Assembly: GCA_020440645.1 (NCBI GenBank)
Contig: JAGRNR010000014.1
Coordinates: 1,294-65,293, forward strand
Source of the DNA: a bacterium
Lineage (GTDB): Bacteria > 4484-113 > JAFGCY01
Direction of reading: 5' to 3'
DNA length: 64,000 nt
A program made the position numbers and the translations under genes. Of this stretch, positions 45,696-57,600 are shown piece by piece. The notes below the pieces were generated by a model. The model ran no database searches, was not told where the DNA came from, and was given only the letters and a program-made list of their open reading frames with translations. Position 1 is the first letter of the stretch, and each line of letters begins with the position of its first letter.

Positions 45696-46718
45696 ATGGC
45701 GACGATCAGCAGACTCGGATTGCTGCCCTGGCTCAGGCACCTGCGCGGTGAAAGCAGCCAGTACATCCTCGTGTTCAGCGGCGGGCGGCTGACGAGAAGC
45801 GGCCCCGGCCTGGCATTCTGGTTCAACCCGCTGTCAACAGCAGTGGCCCAGGTGCCGCGCGAGGACATTGAGACCACCTTCATGCTGCGCGAGCGCAGCT
45901 CGGACTTCCAGGAGATCAGCGTGCAGGTGACCATCACCTACCGCGTGCTGGACCATGCGATGGCCGCCGAGCGCCTCAACTTCTCCGTTTCGCTCGTGAA
46001 CGGCGCCTGGCTGGAGCAGCCGCTGGACCGGCTGGCCAGCTTCTGGATGCAGCGTTCGCTGAAGAGCGCGCGCGACTACATCTCCTCCAATACGGTGCAG
46101 CAGAGCGTGACCGCCGGACCGGGGGCGATAGCCACTGCGATCACCAGCGCGCTGAACGAGGACCCGGAGCTGGAGGCGATGGGGCTTGGGCTGGTCGGCG
46201 TGCAGGTCAACAGCGTGTTGCCATCCGCCGACGTGGAGAAGGCGCTGCAGACCCCGACCCGTGAGGCGATCCAGCAGAAGGCGGATGAGGCGATGTTCGA
46301 GCGCCGCGCGATCGCCGTCGAGAAGGAACGCGCCATCAAGCAGAATGAGCTGGACACCGAGATCGAGCTCGAGAAGAAGAATGAATCCCTGATCCGCAAG
46401 AAGGGTGAGAACCGCCGTCTGGAGATCGAGGCCGAGAACGAGGCCGGCCGCCTGACCGCCGAGGGCGACGCCCAGCAGGTGCGCATCCGCGCCGAGGGCC
46501 AGGCCGAGAGCAAGCGCATCACCGCCCAGGCCGAGAACGAGGCCGAGGCCGCCCGTGTCGCGCTCTACCGCGATGCCCCGGCCAGTGTGGCCACCGGCAT
46601 GGCGCTGATGCAGTTCGCCTCCAAGGTGCGCGACATCCAGCACCTGAACGTCACCCCGGACCTGCTCGGCAGCAACCTGCGCCAGTTCCTCACAGACCAG
46701 GGCGACACGGCGGAGTAG
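45696..46718 (+). CDS. SPFH/band-7 (flotillin/stomatin-like) domain protein
   Basis: 340 aa. Strong RBS GGGAGGAAATGGAAG-ATG. SPFH core is followed by a long Ala/Glu-rich coiled coil (EKERAIKQNELDTEIELEKKNESLIRKKGENRRLEIEAENEAGRLTAEGDAQQVRIRAEGQAESKRITAQAENEAEAARV). Confidence 0.8.
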   Translation: MATISRLGLLPWLRHLRGESSQYILVFSGGRLTRSGPGLAFWFNPLSTAVAQVPREDIETTFMLRERSSDFQEISVQVTITYRVLDHAMAAERLNFSVSLVNGAWLEQPLDRLASFWMQRSLKSARDYISSNTVQQSVTAGPGAIATAITSALNEDPELEAMGLGLVGVQVNSVLPSADVEKALQTPTREAIQQKADEAMFERRAIAVEKERAIKQNELDTEIELEKKNESLIRKKGENRRLEIEAENEAGRLTAEGDAQQVRIRAEGQAESKRITAQAENEAEAARVALYRDAPASVATGMALMQFASKVRDIQHLNVTPDLLGSNLRQFLTDQGDTAE

Positions 46719-46721
46719 CGC

Positions 46722-47666
46722 GTGGAGGGCCACGGCCAGCAGAAACAGCATTCATCCAGCCCGCGCGTGGTGGTTGTCACCCGTCCGACGCGGCTGGAGG
46801 TCCTGCTTGAGCGGCAGGGCACGCTGGGCCAGGCGGCCTTCTACCAGCGCTCCCGCGGGCAGTCGATCGAACCGCTGCAGGCCGAGCATGAGCGCATGCA
46901 GTCCAGCCTGGACTTCGTGCTCGGGCAGCTGCCCGCCGAGCAGCGCCGCACGCATGTGGACCGCAGTGAGCTGGACCGCTTCCTGTTCGCCCCGGATGAC
47001 ATCGTGCTGGTGGTCGGCCAGGATGGCCTCGTTGCCAATACCGCGAAGTACCTCAGCGGCCAGCTTGTGGCCGGCATCAACCCGGACTTCGAGCTGTTCG
47101 AGGGCGTGCTCTGCCCGCACCACCCGGAGGTTGTCACCGAACTGCTCGCCTGGTGCGGCGGATCCGGCGAGGCGCAGTTCCGTATGGAACACCGCTCGAT
47201 GGCCCAGGCCCGGCGCGAGGATGGCCAGCAGCTGCTGGCGCTCAATGACATCTTCGTTGGGCACAGTTCGCACCAGTCCGCGCGCTACCGCCTGACGAGC
47301 GAGGGCCGCGAGGAACGCCAGAGCTCCTCCGGCATCATCTGCTCCACCGGCACCGGGGCCACCGGCTGGGCCCGCAGCATCGTGCTGCAGCGCGGCATCG
47401 AATCCCAGATGCCCGGACCACAGGAGCGCCTGCTGGCCTGGTTCGTGCGCGAGCCCTGGCCCTCCGTCTCAACCGGGGCCGAGCTGAACTTCGGTTTCTG
47501 CCTGGACGGCTATCCGCTGAAGGTAGTCAGTGAAATGGGCAGTGGCGGCGTGGTGTTCGCCGACGGCATCGAGACCGACCGGCTGGAATTCCTCGAAGGG
47601 CAGACTGTGGAGATCAGCCCGGCTGAGCATACGCTGAACCTCGTCCTGCCTGCAGCGGAGCACTGA
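46722..47666 (+). CDS. NAD-kinase / diacylglycerol-kinase-fold protein with degenerate catalytic motifs
   Basis: 314 aa, 4 nt after the SPFH gene. GQDG (instead of GGDG) is in VLVVGQDGLVANTAKYL, NE/D is in LNDIFVGH, and the C-terminal block is SSGIICSTGTGATGWARS (compare the DG…TptGSTAY block of NadK). Confidence 0.55.
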   Translation: MEGHGQQKQHSSSPRVVVVTRPTRLEVLLERQGTLGQAAFYQRSRGQSIEPLQAEHERMQSSLDFVLGQLPAEQRRTHVDRSELDRFLFAPDDIVLVVGQDGLVANTAKYLSGQLVAGINPDFELFEGVLCPHHPEVVTELLAWCGGSGEAQFRMEHRSMAQARREDGQQLLALNDIFVGHSSHQSARYRLTSEGREERQSSSGIICSTGTGATGWARSIVLQRGIESQMPGPQERLLAWFVREPWPSVSTGAELNFGFCLDGYPLKVVSEMGSGGVVFADGIETDRLEFLEGQTVEISPAEHTLNLVLPAAEH

Positions 47667-47835
47667 TCCAGTCAGGCTTCCCGCTGAAATCAGCCCCGGC
47701 TGGCCTCCCGGCGGGCGATCTGAGCCCCAGTTTTCCGTTTTACGTATTCCGCAGCATCGGTTGGATTTAAGTTAAATGCCGGGTACAACCAACGGTTGCA
47801 GCTGCCTCCAGGCCCTGCGATCGAGGAGCCAAATA

Positions 47836-50800
47836 ATGCGTTTCAATCGGACCAAGATCTACCTTCTGATGTTGTTGCTGATGCCGGCTGTGCTGGCCTC
47901 CTGTGGCGCAGGTGGCGGTAGCGCGGTTTCATCCCTTGATGCAGCTTCCCAGCCGTCGGTTCCACTGCAGGGTAATGCCCCGCTGGCAGATGGCCTGCCA
48001 GCCCTGGACCAGCTGCCCGAGCCATCGCGCAGTGCGATGCTCAGCGGCCCGGGATACTTCCCGGTGCCGATCCTCGAGCAGGGCGTGATGCTGCAGCGCA
48101 GTGGTTCGGTCGTCTCCGGCCCGCAGGGCATCGAGCTGGATGGCAGCGCAGGTGAGGCCTGGGTGCTGTTCGGGGTCTATGGCTTCGACGGTGACAGCCA
48201 GCCGAACGCCGTAATGGCGGAGGCCACCGATGTGCAGGGCAGTTTCCATATCGGCGTCACGCACTACGCCAGCGGACGCTGGGAGTGGAGCGCGCCCTTC
48301 ACCGGCGATGAGGAGCATGAGTACGAGCACGTGGCCCAGTACACCGTGGCCGACCAGTATGTCAGCGAGCGTGGCTTCCACTACATCGCCGTGCTGGCGC
48401 CGGAGGGCTCGAGCCTGCTGCTCAGCGGCCTGCAGCTCGGGGTGGACGGCGGTGACAACGCACCCGTCGCGCCGGACTACTTCGAGATCAGCAATGGTGA
48501 CGCCGGCTTCCACTTCTGGTGGTACCCTAGCCCGGACCATGACGACCCGGACTTCGCCGGCTACACCATGCAGCGCGCCCTGTGGCCCGGCACCGACTTC
48601 CAGGACCTCGGCCCGCTCTCACACGAGACCTTCTACCATGACGCTGCAGCCGACCCGGCCCTGCTCTACCGCTACCGTGTACGCGTGGCGGATGTAAGTG
48701 GCAACTCCAGCTGGGGTTATTCCAACACCCCGGTCAGCGTCAGTGGCGACAACTACCCGGTGCCGGCGCTGGAGATGCCGGCCGGGCCGCTCTACGGCGG
48801 GCAGATGGTGACATTCGACCTCAGCGGCAGCTATGACCCCGACGGCGAACCGCTCACGGAATACACGGTCCAGTTTGACAACACGAACGGCATGGGCGGC
48901 GTCGGCCCGCTCACCAGCACCGACCCGCAGATCAGCGTGCTGCTGCAGCCCGGCTGCTACGTGGTGCAGGCCGCGGCCAAGTCCACCGTCTACTGCCAGC
49001 CGATCGTTGACACGCTGAAGATCTACCCGGCCTGGCAGCCTGAGCCGCAGCTGGTGGCCGAGCCCGGCAGCGGGCAGTGGCGCATGCAGTCCAGCCGCAG
49101 CATCTACTGGCCACAGGGCGACGCAATCGTCACATTCTTCAATGACTACCTCGGCCCCGGCCTCGGCGCGCTCGTGCAGCATGCCGACGGCAGCCGGGAG
49201 GTCCTGCAGCTGCCCTACTACCTGTACGACATCGACTGGATCTCCGAGCCGGTGGTCTGGCAGGGCCAGCCCTATGTCGGCGTCGTGTCTGACAACGTGA
49301 TGCTACTGGCGACCATCGGGGCGGACGGCCTGCAGTGGATTGAAGGCGGCCTCGGCTACACCGGCTTTGTGAACATCGATCTCGTGGTGGACGGCGAGGA
49401 CCAGCTGCGGGTCTGCACCCTGAATGAATACAACCCCGGGGACTTCGAGGTGCTCGCGATCAATGCCGGCAACCCGCTCGACATCTACACCCTCGAGTTC
49501 ATGTCCAATTCCGACGGTCCGTTTGACGTGGAGTGGAACCCGGAATACGGCGGCTTCGAGCTGATTTACACCACGGTCGGCAGCATCCACTGGAACCGCA
49601 CCGATGAGGAGGGTGGCCTGGTTGTCGACGACTTCGTCGGCGCGGGCATCTTCGATTCACTGGACATGGAACTCCATGCGGACGGCAGCCCCGGCGTGAT
49701 GGGCCGCTCCGGTGGGTCCTTCGTCTACTTCTCCTTTGACGAGGGCACCGCCAGCTGGTCAGCACCCGAAGTGATCGAGCCGATTGGCCTGAACGGCAAG
49801 TCCGGCGACCTGCTGTTCGATGGCAACGACATGGCAGCCTTCTTCGGCCTGGCGGTGGGCCAGTCATCGCTATACCGCCGCAACGGCGGCAGCTGGGACC
49901 CGCAGACCGTCAACTGGGCGCTGCTTTCCGGCCAGCACTGCGCCATCGCCCAGTGGCCCGACGGCCGCGTGAACATCATCGACGGCACGGTGGGCGGCGC
50001 GATCTTCATCTCCGACTTCAATGAGGATGGCAGCCACCCCGCCCCGATTGAGGTTCCCTCCGTTTCCTGGGACGGCATTGACTTGAATGCCGTCGCCGGG
50101 GCTGACGGCATCCACGCCGTCTGGCGTGGTGACAACGGTGCGATCCATTACATCGCCGACGACGACGGCACCAATTGGAACGCCTCCACCGGCTTCGTCA
50201 GCAGCGATGCACTTGAGCTGATGGCGGACGAGAACGGCAAGGTGTTCGTCGGCAACACCCACGGTGCGACCGCCGACCTGTTCAGCTGGTTCGGCGGCGC
50301 CTGGCTGATCGAGGGCAGCTCCAACCGCTGGGGCAGCAGCCTGCCTTACCTCGCCGCCCAGCGTGATGCCCCCGGCGGACAGTTCATCGTGCAGGATGAC
50401 CTGCCAGTGCCGCCAGCGCTCAGGCACATGCATGACGACGGCGGCGGCTTCCTCGTGTTTGACAGCTACGATTTCGACACGATCCGGATTGACGAGGGGG
50501 TGTCCCTCTTCACGGGCGCCGGGCTGATCAGCTTCGTGCGCGGCGATGAGATCCTCGGTTCCAGTGGGCTGGTCGGCTTCATCTCCGCTGACGACCACAG
50601 CTATGCCCACCAGATACACGACTACCTTTACACCAGCAGCGTTGACCTGACGCGCGGCCGCCGGATGGATGCCTGCAACTACCTGACAGGCCCGTCAAAC
50701 TCGCACAGCGCATTCTGGGTCAGCGGACTCGAGGGCGGCGCTCCCGGCGTGACGCGCTTCCAGGGCAAGGCCTACAACGGCAAGTACAACGTCGACAGCA

Positions 50801-51087
50801 ACACTGCCCTGGCGGACCCGGTCGGCATCGGGGCCGGGCAGATGCAGCACACGCTGTCCGCGGCCCAGGCCTGGGGCCTGACTGCCGTGGCGATCTCCGA
50901 CCAGTTCGGCGGCGAGCAGGGCTGGCTGGAATGGAGCAACTTCGGTGAGTTCGAAAGCCTCGCACTGCCACCGATCGACATGGAATACACGATGATGCAC
51001 GAACTGGTTGTCGGTGCGGATGGCCGCTGGCACATCCTCTACCGTGACAAGCGCGACGGGGCGATCTATGAGATCAGCACCACATGA
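47836..51087 (+). CDS. Giant secreted lipoprotein, tandem paralog 1 (N-terminal domain, FN3-like, PKD-like, then BNR/Asp-box beta-propeller-like C-terminal region)
   Basis: ORF 47776..51087. GAGGAG RBS sits before ATG 47836 (MRFNRTKIYLLMLLLMPAVLASC lipobox). FN3-like motif is YRYRVRVADVSGNSS. PKD motif is FDLSGSYDPDGEPLTEY. Asp-box motifs are RRNGGSWD and ADDDGTNW. The conserved C-terminus is WHILYRDKRDGAIYEISTT. Confidence 0.75.
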   Translation: MRFNRTKIYLLMLLLMPAVLASCGAGGGSAVSSLDAASQPSVPLQGNAPLADGLPALDQLPEPSRSAMLSGPGYFPVPILEQGVMLQRSGSVVSGPQGIELDGSAGEAWVLFGVYGFDGDSQPNAVMAEATDVQGSFHIGVTHYASGRWEWSAPFTGDEEHEYEHVAQYTVADQYVSERGFHYIAVLAPEGSSLLLSGLQLGVDGGDNAPVAPDYFEISNGDAGFHFWWYPSPDHDDPDFAGYTMQRALWPGTDFQDLGPLSHETFYHDAAADPALLYRYRVRVADVSGNSSWGYSNTPVSVSGDNYPVPALEMPAGPLYGGQMVTFDLSGSYDPDGEPLTEYTVQFDNTNGMGGVGPLTSTDPQISVLLQPGCYVVQAAAKSTVYCQPIVDTLKIYPAWQPEPQLVAEPGSGQWRMQSSRSIYWPQGDAIVTFFNDYLGPGLGALVQHADGSREVLQLPYYLYDIDWISEPVVWQGQPYVGVVSDNVMLLATIGADGLQWIEGGLGYTGFVNIDLVVDGEDQLRVCTLNEYNPGDFEVLAINAGNPLDIYTLEFMSNSDGPFDVEWNPEYGGFELIYTTVGSIHWNRTDEEGGLVVDDFVGAGIFDSLDMELHADGSPGVMGRSGGSFVYFSFDEGTASWSAPEVIEPIGLNGKSGDLLFDGNDMAAFFGLAVGQSSLYRRNGGSWDPQTVNWALLSGQHCAIAQWPDGRVNIIDGTVGGAIFISDFNEDGSHPAPIEVPSVSWDGIDLNAVAGADGIHAVWRGDNGAIHYIADDDGTNWNASTGFVSSDALELMADENGKVFVGNTHGATADLFSWFGGAWLIEGSSNRWGSSLPYLAAQRDAPGGQFIVQDDLPVPPALRHMHDDGGGFLVFDSYDFDTIRIDEGVSLFTGAGLISFVRGDEILGSSGLVGFISADDHSYAHQIHDYLYTSSVDLTRGRRMDACNYLTGPSNSHSAFWVSGLEGGAPGVTRFQGKAYNGKYNVDSNTALADPVGIGAGQMQHTLSAAQAWGLTAVAISDQFGGEQGWLEWSNFGEFESLALPPIDMEYTMMHELVVGADGRWHILYRDKRDGAIYEISTT

Positions 51088-51136
51088 TGTAACCTTCGCG
51101 TTTCACATCCCGGCATGCCGGGTATCAGGACAGGTT

Positions 51137-51165
51137 GCCCCTCCGGGGCTCCTGCATTTTCTGTC
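51137..51165 (+). terminator. Putative rho-independent terminator after lipoprotein paralog 1
   Basis: GCCCCTCCGGGGC stem-loop followed by TCCTGCATTTTCTG. It is preceded by a second perfect palindrome, CCCGGCATGCCGGG (51108-51121). Confidence 0.5.
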
Positions 51166-51177
51166 CAGGAGTATTGA

Positions 51178-54100
51178 GTTGAATACCTATAGATACAGGT
51201 GGGCGCTGGGCGCCCTTGCATTGTTCACATGCATGGCCATGCTTGGATCCTGCGGTTCCGGCGGCGGCATGCAGCTTGAGCCTGTTTCCAGCACGGATGC
51301 AGCCGGGCAGGAGTCCTTCAACGGACTGCTGCCTGCCATTGATGAACTTCCCGAGGCTACGCATGAAGTCAGCATGCTCGGCCCCGGCTGGTACCCGGTG
51401 GACGTCACCGAGCAGGGTGTGCTGCGCCAGCGCAGTGCATCCGGCAGCGTCATGGTGCAGCCTGACGGCGTGCACATCACGGCGGATTCAGCCCCGGCCT
51501 GGGCGCTGTTCGCGGTCTACGGCTTCGACCACGACGCCTTCCCGAGCTCGGTGCGCGTCGAGACCGATGCCGATCCCGCCAGCTACTACGTCGGTGAGAC
51601 CAGCTACCAGGATGGCCGCTGGAACTTCGCCGGACCGTTCGGTGGCAACGCTGAATTCGAGTATCCCGAGGCCGGGACGGAGTACGACCCCGATAACCAC
51701 GTCAATCCGATGGGCACGCACTATGTTGCCATCGTGGCCCAGCCCGGCGTTGAGATGGTGCTCAGCGGGATCGAGCTCGGCGTGCACGGCGGCGAGAATG
51801 CCCCGATGGCCAACCTGCTGCTCGGGATTGACTCCGATTCCGGTGACCAGGGGATCGTGATCTCATGGCCGGATGCAGCAGGGTCCGACATTCCGGACTA
51901 CCTCGGGGCCTTCGTGGAACGCTCATTGTGGCCCTCCTTTGACTTCGAGACCATCGCTGGACCAGTGCTTGACAACCATTTCCTCGATTCGACGGTGGAG
52001 CTTGGCACAAAGTACCGCTACCGCGTCCGCTACGAGGACGTCAGTGGCAATGCAGGCCTGAGCCAGTCCATCTCGAGCGTTGCCACTGCTGGCGACCTGC
52101 CCCCCATCGCCGTGCTGGACATCCCGCATGGCCCGCTGTTCGGCCGCCAGACCGTCAACTTTGACATGTCCGGCTCCTTCGACCCGGATGGCGACGCGAT
52201 CACCGAATACCGCGTCGAGTTCGGCATCGGCAGCTTCAACACAGGCATCCAGCCCGTGTTCGGCCCGGCCAGCGACTTTGACATCGAGCTGCAGCCCGGC
52301 ACTTACTGGATCATGGCTGAGGTCACGGCGAACGGCAAGACCGGAGGCACGCTTGCCAAGCTGAAGGTCTACCCGGCCTGGCAGCAGACCGCGAGCATCG
52401 TCTCCCCCGGCCAGAAGGGCGAATGGCAGATGCAGCGCAACCGCGCGATCCACTTCCCGCCGGCCAACGAGATGCTGGTGTTCCACGATGCCCCGCTGCT
52501 GCCCGGTGTCGGCCTGCACATCACCGCGGCCGATGGCAGTATGCGCACGCTTGGCATCCCCTACATGCGCACCGGCGTGCAGTGGATCTCCGAACCGGTG
52601 ATCCACGATGGCAGGGCATGGATCGCCGTGCGTGATGACAACACCTTCTTCCTCGCTTCCTACGACGGCAACGAGTTCCGCTGGGCCGACAACTTCACGA
52701 TCGGTGTCGGTGGCGGCTATGAGCAGTGCGACCTGGTGGTGGACGGCGATGGCCGGCTGCGCATGTGCTACCTCTGGGAATTCAACCCCGGCGACTGGCG
52801 CATCGATGCCGTGGACGTGTTCGACTACGACGTCATCCCGGTCAGCCCGACAGCCAACACCAGCGGCTGGTTCGACGTGGAGTGGAACCCGGTGCACGGC
52901 ACATTCGACGTGATCTACCCGATGGTCGGCATCAGCATGTTCCAGCGCCTCGACCCGATCGGCGGCCCGGTTGACAACGAGATGGTGATCGCCATCGCGC
53001 CGAGCTTCGCCGACCTGGAGGTCGACCCGGCCAGCGGCCAGGCCTCCGTGCTTGAGCGCATCGGAACCCTGCAGCTGTACATCCCCTACGATGACGGCGC
53101 TGGCATGTTCGGCCCGCCGGAGATCATTGACAACGCAGCTGACAACACCGAGTTCGCTGACCTGGCCTTCATTGATTCCGACCCGACCGTGTTCTTCGGG
53201 CTCAACGCGCTGCCCTCGAACCTGTACCGCCGCAATGGCGGCAGCTGGGACCCCATCAAGGCCACCTGGGCACCCTCTTCCGGCCAGCACTGCGCCATCG
53301 CCGCCTGGCCTGACGAGACCGTGCAGATCGTGGACGGTACCAACAACGGCGGGATCTTCCTCGCCTCCGTCGATGCCTCTGACAACACCGAGGAGCTGGA
53401 CTACATCGAGGGCAGTGTCTACCAGGGCAACAGCCTGCACGCCGTGGCCGGTAGTGACGGGCTGCATGCCTACTGGATCATCGGCAACGAAGGCGTGCAC
53501 GTGATCGGCAGTGCCGACGGCAAGAACTGGGTGCCTGCGGCTGACAACGGCCCGTCATTCGGTGCCGACCTGATGGCCGACCGGGACGGCGAGGTGTTCC
53601 TCTCCACTTCCTGGGGGGCCAACCACGAACTGCACAGCTGGACCGGCGCGGCCTGGTTGTTCGAGAGCAGCTCGGACACCTTCAACGCATCCCAGGCCTG
53701 GTTCTGTGCGCAGGACAATGTGTTCGGCGGGCAGTGGTGGGCGCATGACCACAGTGTCGCCCCGGCCCGCATCCGCCGCATGCATGATGACGACGGCATG
53801 GCCCTGCTGCCGGACTCCTACGAGTTCGACATCACGAACGTGTTCGAGGGCACCGGGCTGCTGACACTGGGTGGCTACACCTCCTTCGTGCTGACCGGCA
53901 ACGGCTCCGAGCAGGACGGCAGCGTCGGCTTCCTTGACAACGACACCGCGAGCTACAGTGAGATCATCAAGGGCTTCACCGTCAGTGATGAAATCAGCTG
54001 GACCAATGGCCGCCAGCTGGACGCCTGCAACTACATCGGCGATCCCGGCCTGCCGAAGGAGGCCTACTGGGCCAGCTTCAAGTCATTCGACCTCGGGGCC

Positions 54101-54439
54101 ACCCGGATTGAGGGCCTCAACTTCGTTGGCGACATGTCCATTGAGCATGTCGAGGGCTTCGACAGCCTGCTGGACACCCAGACCTTCTCCGGCGCCCTGA
54201 CCACCGTCAGCGCGGCCCAGGCCAGGAGCAACACCGCCGTGGCCGTGCTGGACCAGTTCTTCGGTGACTGGCACCGCATGGAGTGGAGCAACTTCGGTGA
54301 CTTCGAGGAGATCCCCTCGCCGGGCATCGACTGGTCCATGACCAGCATGCACGAGCTGGTGGTCGGCGAGGACGGCCAGTGGCACCTGCTGTACCGCGAC
54401 ATGCGCGACGGCTACATCTACGTGATCAGCACTACATAG
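51178..54439 (+). CDS. Giant secreted lipoprotein, tandem paralog 2 (same architecture)
   Basis: ORF 51008..54439. AGGAG sits 8 nt before TTG 51178 (…NTYRYRWALGALALFTCMAMLGSC lipobox). YRYRVRYEDVSGNAG, FDMSGSFDPDGDAITEY, RRNGGSWD and SADGKNW are present. The C-terminus is WHLLYRDMRDGYIYVISTT. Confidence 0.7.
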
Positions 54440-54545
54440 GTAGCAGAAAGCAGAGAGCAGGGAGCAGACTCGACGTGCGAACAGCGTGGTCTGCTTTCTG
54501 CTTTCTGCTCTCTGCTTTCTGCTCTCTGCCCCCTGCTCCCAGCAA
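54440..54545. repeat. Family A hairpin (AGCAGAAAGCAGAGAGCAGGGAGCAGACTCG … GTCTGCTTTCTGCTTTCTGCTCTCTGC) directly after the paralog-2 stop
   Basis: Arms of tandem GCAGA/TCTGC pentamer-hexamers, complementary in several registers. Begins 1 nt after TAG 54437-54439. Confidence 0.7.
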
Positions 54546-54633
54546 CCTGCAACCTGATCCCTGTATACTCAACACAGGGAACTGCAGTAGATGCAGCGGC
54601 TGGCAGGAGGCCATGCCCCCGTCGGAGTTCTGC

Positions 54634-57600
54634 ATGAGACTTGTGGGATCCGGCACCGCATGGTCGGTCGCCGTACTGATCGTCCTGGCAGCCTGCTGCC
54701 TGCTTCCGTCCTGCTCTGGTCGGCAGCCGGACATGTCCGCGCCAGCCCAGCAAGTGGACCTGACCCCCGGCCCGGAGCCGGCGGCTCCTGTGGCGGATGG
54801 CCTGCCTCAGCTGGCCTCCCTGCCGGATGCACAGCATTCCGCAAGCTACCTCGGCCAGGGTTGGTTCCCCGTCCCGATTCTCGAGCAGGGAGTGCTCATT
54901 GCAGCCAGTCCCGGCGTAAGCTCTGCAGCGCAGGGTGTTGTGATCAATGCTGCGGGCGGCCAGTCCGCCTGGGCAGTGTTCGGCATTTACGGCTTTGATG
55001 GCGACAGCTTTCCCGCTGCCCTGGCCTGCGAGCTGACAACCCTCAGTGGCGACTACGCACTGGCTGCCAGCCGCTACCTGGACGGCCGCTGGGAGGTGGC
55101 CGGACCATTCACGGATGACGCGCAGTTCGAATATGCTTATGCAGGTGGGGGCGCAGATCCGCGCAATCTCCTCTCCGGCCGCGGCTGCCACTACGTGGCG
55201 GTGATTGCCAGTCCCGGCAGCTCGCTTGAGCTCAGTGGCCTGCAGCTTGCGGTGGACGGCGGGCAGGACGGGCCCGCAGCTGTTTCGTTCCCGCAGGGCA
55301 TCCGCAGCAGCCTTGGGGTACAGCTGGTCTGGCAGGCATCAGCGGACGGCCGCAACCCGGACTTCGAGGGTTACATCGTGGAGCGGGCCGACTGGCCCGG
55401 CACCACCTTCGCCGCCGTGAGCGAACCCCTGCATGGACTGGACTGGCTCGACACGGATCTGCAGGAAGACCGGCATTACCGCTACCGCATCCGCAGCTTT
55501 GATGTGGCGGGAAACTCCTCCAGCGGCCCATACTCAACCGTCCTGGGTAGTTTTGACAACCTTCCGCCGGTCTGCGTCATGGACATCCCCACCGGCCCGT
55601 TGTACGGCGCACAGCAGGTGACGATTGACCTTTCCCGCTCCTTCGACCGCGACAATGACAGCTTCACCGACTACACCCTGCTCTTTGGCAACGACCCGTT
55701 TGACATCGGAGTCGGGCCGCTCTCGAACACTGATGGCGCTTTCAGCGTACTGCTGCAGCCCGGCTGCTACCATGTCATCGGAGTTGTCACCGCCGGAGCC
55801 AACATCGGCACCTGTGTCTCTGAGCTGAAGATCTATCCGCAGTGGGAGAATGAGGCCCAGCTGATCGCATCTGCTCCGCCGGTTGCCCCGGTGCTGGGAT
55901 CGCCTTCCGGCACATACCTGCCGGCAATCAACGGCGTTGCCACTTTCGGGCTGGAGCCGGTACTGCCCGGCCTTGGCCTGCTGCTGCAGCCCGCGGACAG
56001 CCCGGCCCGGCTGCTGCGCATCGTGCCACCGCGCTTCGGCATCGACGGCATCTCAGAGGCCACTCAATGGAACGGCCTGGCTATCTGTGCCGCCGTTGAC
56101 GGATCGAACGCCTACATCGCCTATACGGACGGGGAAAACTTCGATTGGCTGGAAGTCGGGCGCGGCTTTGTGAAGGGCAGCCGCCTCGACCTGGTGGTGC
56201 CTGCCTCAAGCCCACCTTACCTGTGCTTCATCGAGGAGAATTTCATGCCTTCCTCGCGCCTGCTGGCATACGCGAGCATCGGCAGCAGCACTCCCCTCGA
56301 GCTGGTGCCCGTGTTTGAAGGCGACTATCCCTTCGACGTGGAATGGAATGCAGCGCAACAGGGCTTTGACATCCTCTATGGCCAGCCCGGCGCGACAAGG
56401 CTGCGGCGCTGCGATGCCAGTGGCAACATGCTGCTGGAACGCACGATCGCCTTCACCACACCGCAGAAGCTGGAGCTTGAGATTGATCCGGCAACGGGGA
56501 ATCCCGTCATCCTCTGGCGCAGCAGCGGTGGCACGGCGATCTACACGCAGTATGACAACGATTCCGACAGCTTCCTGCCGGGAGAGCCGGTTGACCCGCT
56601 GCTGCTGGCCTCTCTGGGCGAGCAACTGGCGCTTGCCGGTGGCCTGCCGGTTGTGTTCATGGGCAGTCCGGGCCAGCCCGCCGGGCTGTACCACCGCACG
56701 GGCGGCAGCTGGCAGCGGATGGCGGCGGACTGGTCCCCGCTCTCGGGCACGGACGGTTCACTGGCTGCCCGGCCGGACGGAACGCTGCGCGTGCTGGACA
56801 GTGATGACGCGATGACCAGCTGGCTCGTTGACATCATGCCCGGTGCAACGCAGTCGGTGGTTGACAGCCTGCCCCCGACGGGCCGGCAGGGGATGGACCT
56901 GAATGCGGTGGCTGGCAGCGACGGGCTGCATGCCATCTGGTGTGCGGATGGCGAGAGCCGCCACTACCGCAATCCGGAGGATGGCAGTGGCTGGCAACCC
57001 GTCAACCTGCTTGATGCCTGCCAGTCGCAGGACCTGATGGCGGACCAAAGCGGATCCGTGCTGCTATCCACCCGAGTTGACAACGCATCCTTCCTGCTGA
57101 AGTGGAACGGGGCGGACTGGGACGCGATCTGGTTCACGCTCAGCAACCTTGACCAGTCCAATCCCTGGATGTGCATGCAGTCCAATTCACCCGCCCCGCA
57201 GTGGCTCTACCTTGAGGATGACCTGCCGGATGACCGGTTGCACTACGTGACGGACTATGGCACCGGCCTGCAGGAATCCACAAGCTCAATCTATCCGGAT
57301 CAGGTGATGGAAGGGGCCGGTGTATACAGCGGCAACTTCATGGTGTCAATCGTGGCGCTTGGCAACGGCAGCTACAGGGACGGACGCATCGGCGTGCTCA
57401 ACAAGCCCCACAACTCGGTGGATGTGCTGCTCAATGCTTCCGCCAACATTCCGGATGAGGCCAGCGGACTGCAGGGCCGCCAGCTTGATGCCTGCATGGG
57501 CAAGCACAGCAGCGGCAATGTGCAGACGGTGTTCTACAGTTCAGTTTCCGCATTCCAGCAGGATGCCACCAGGCTGTGCGGCTTCAGCTACAACGGGGAC

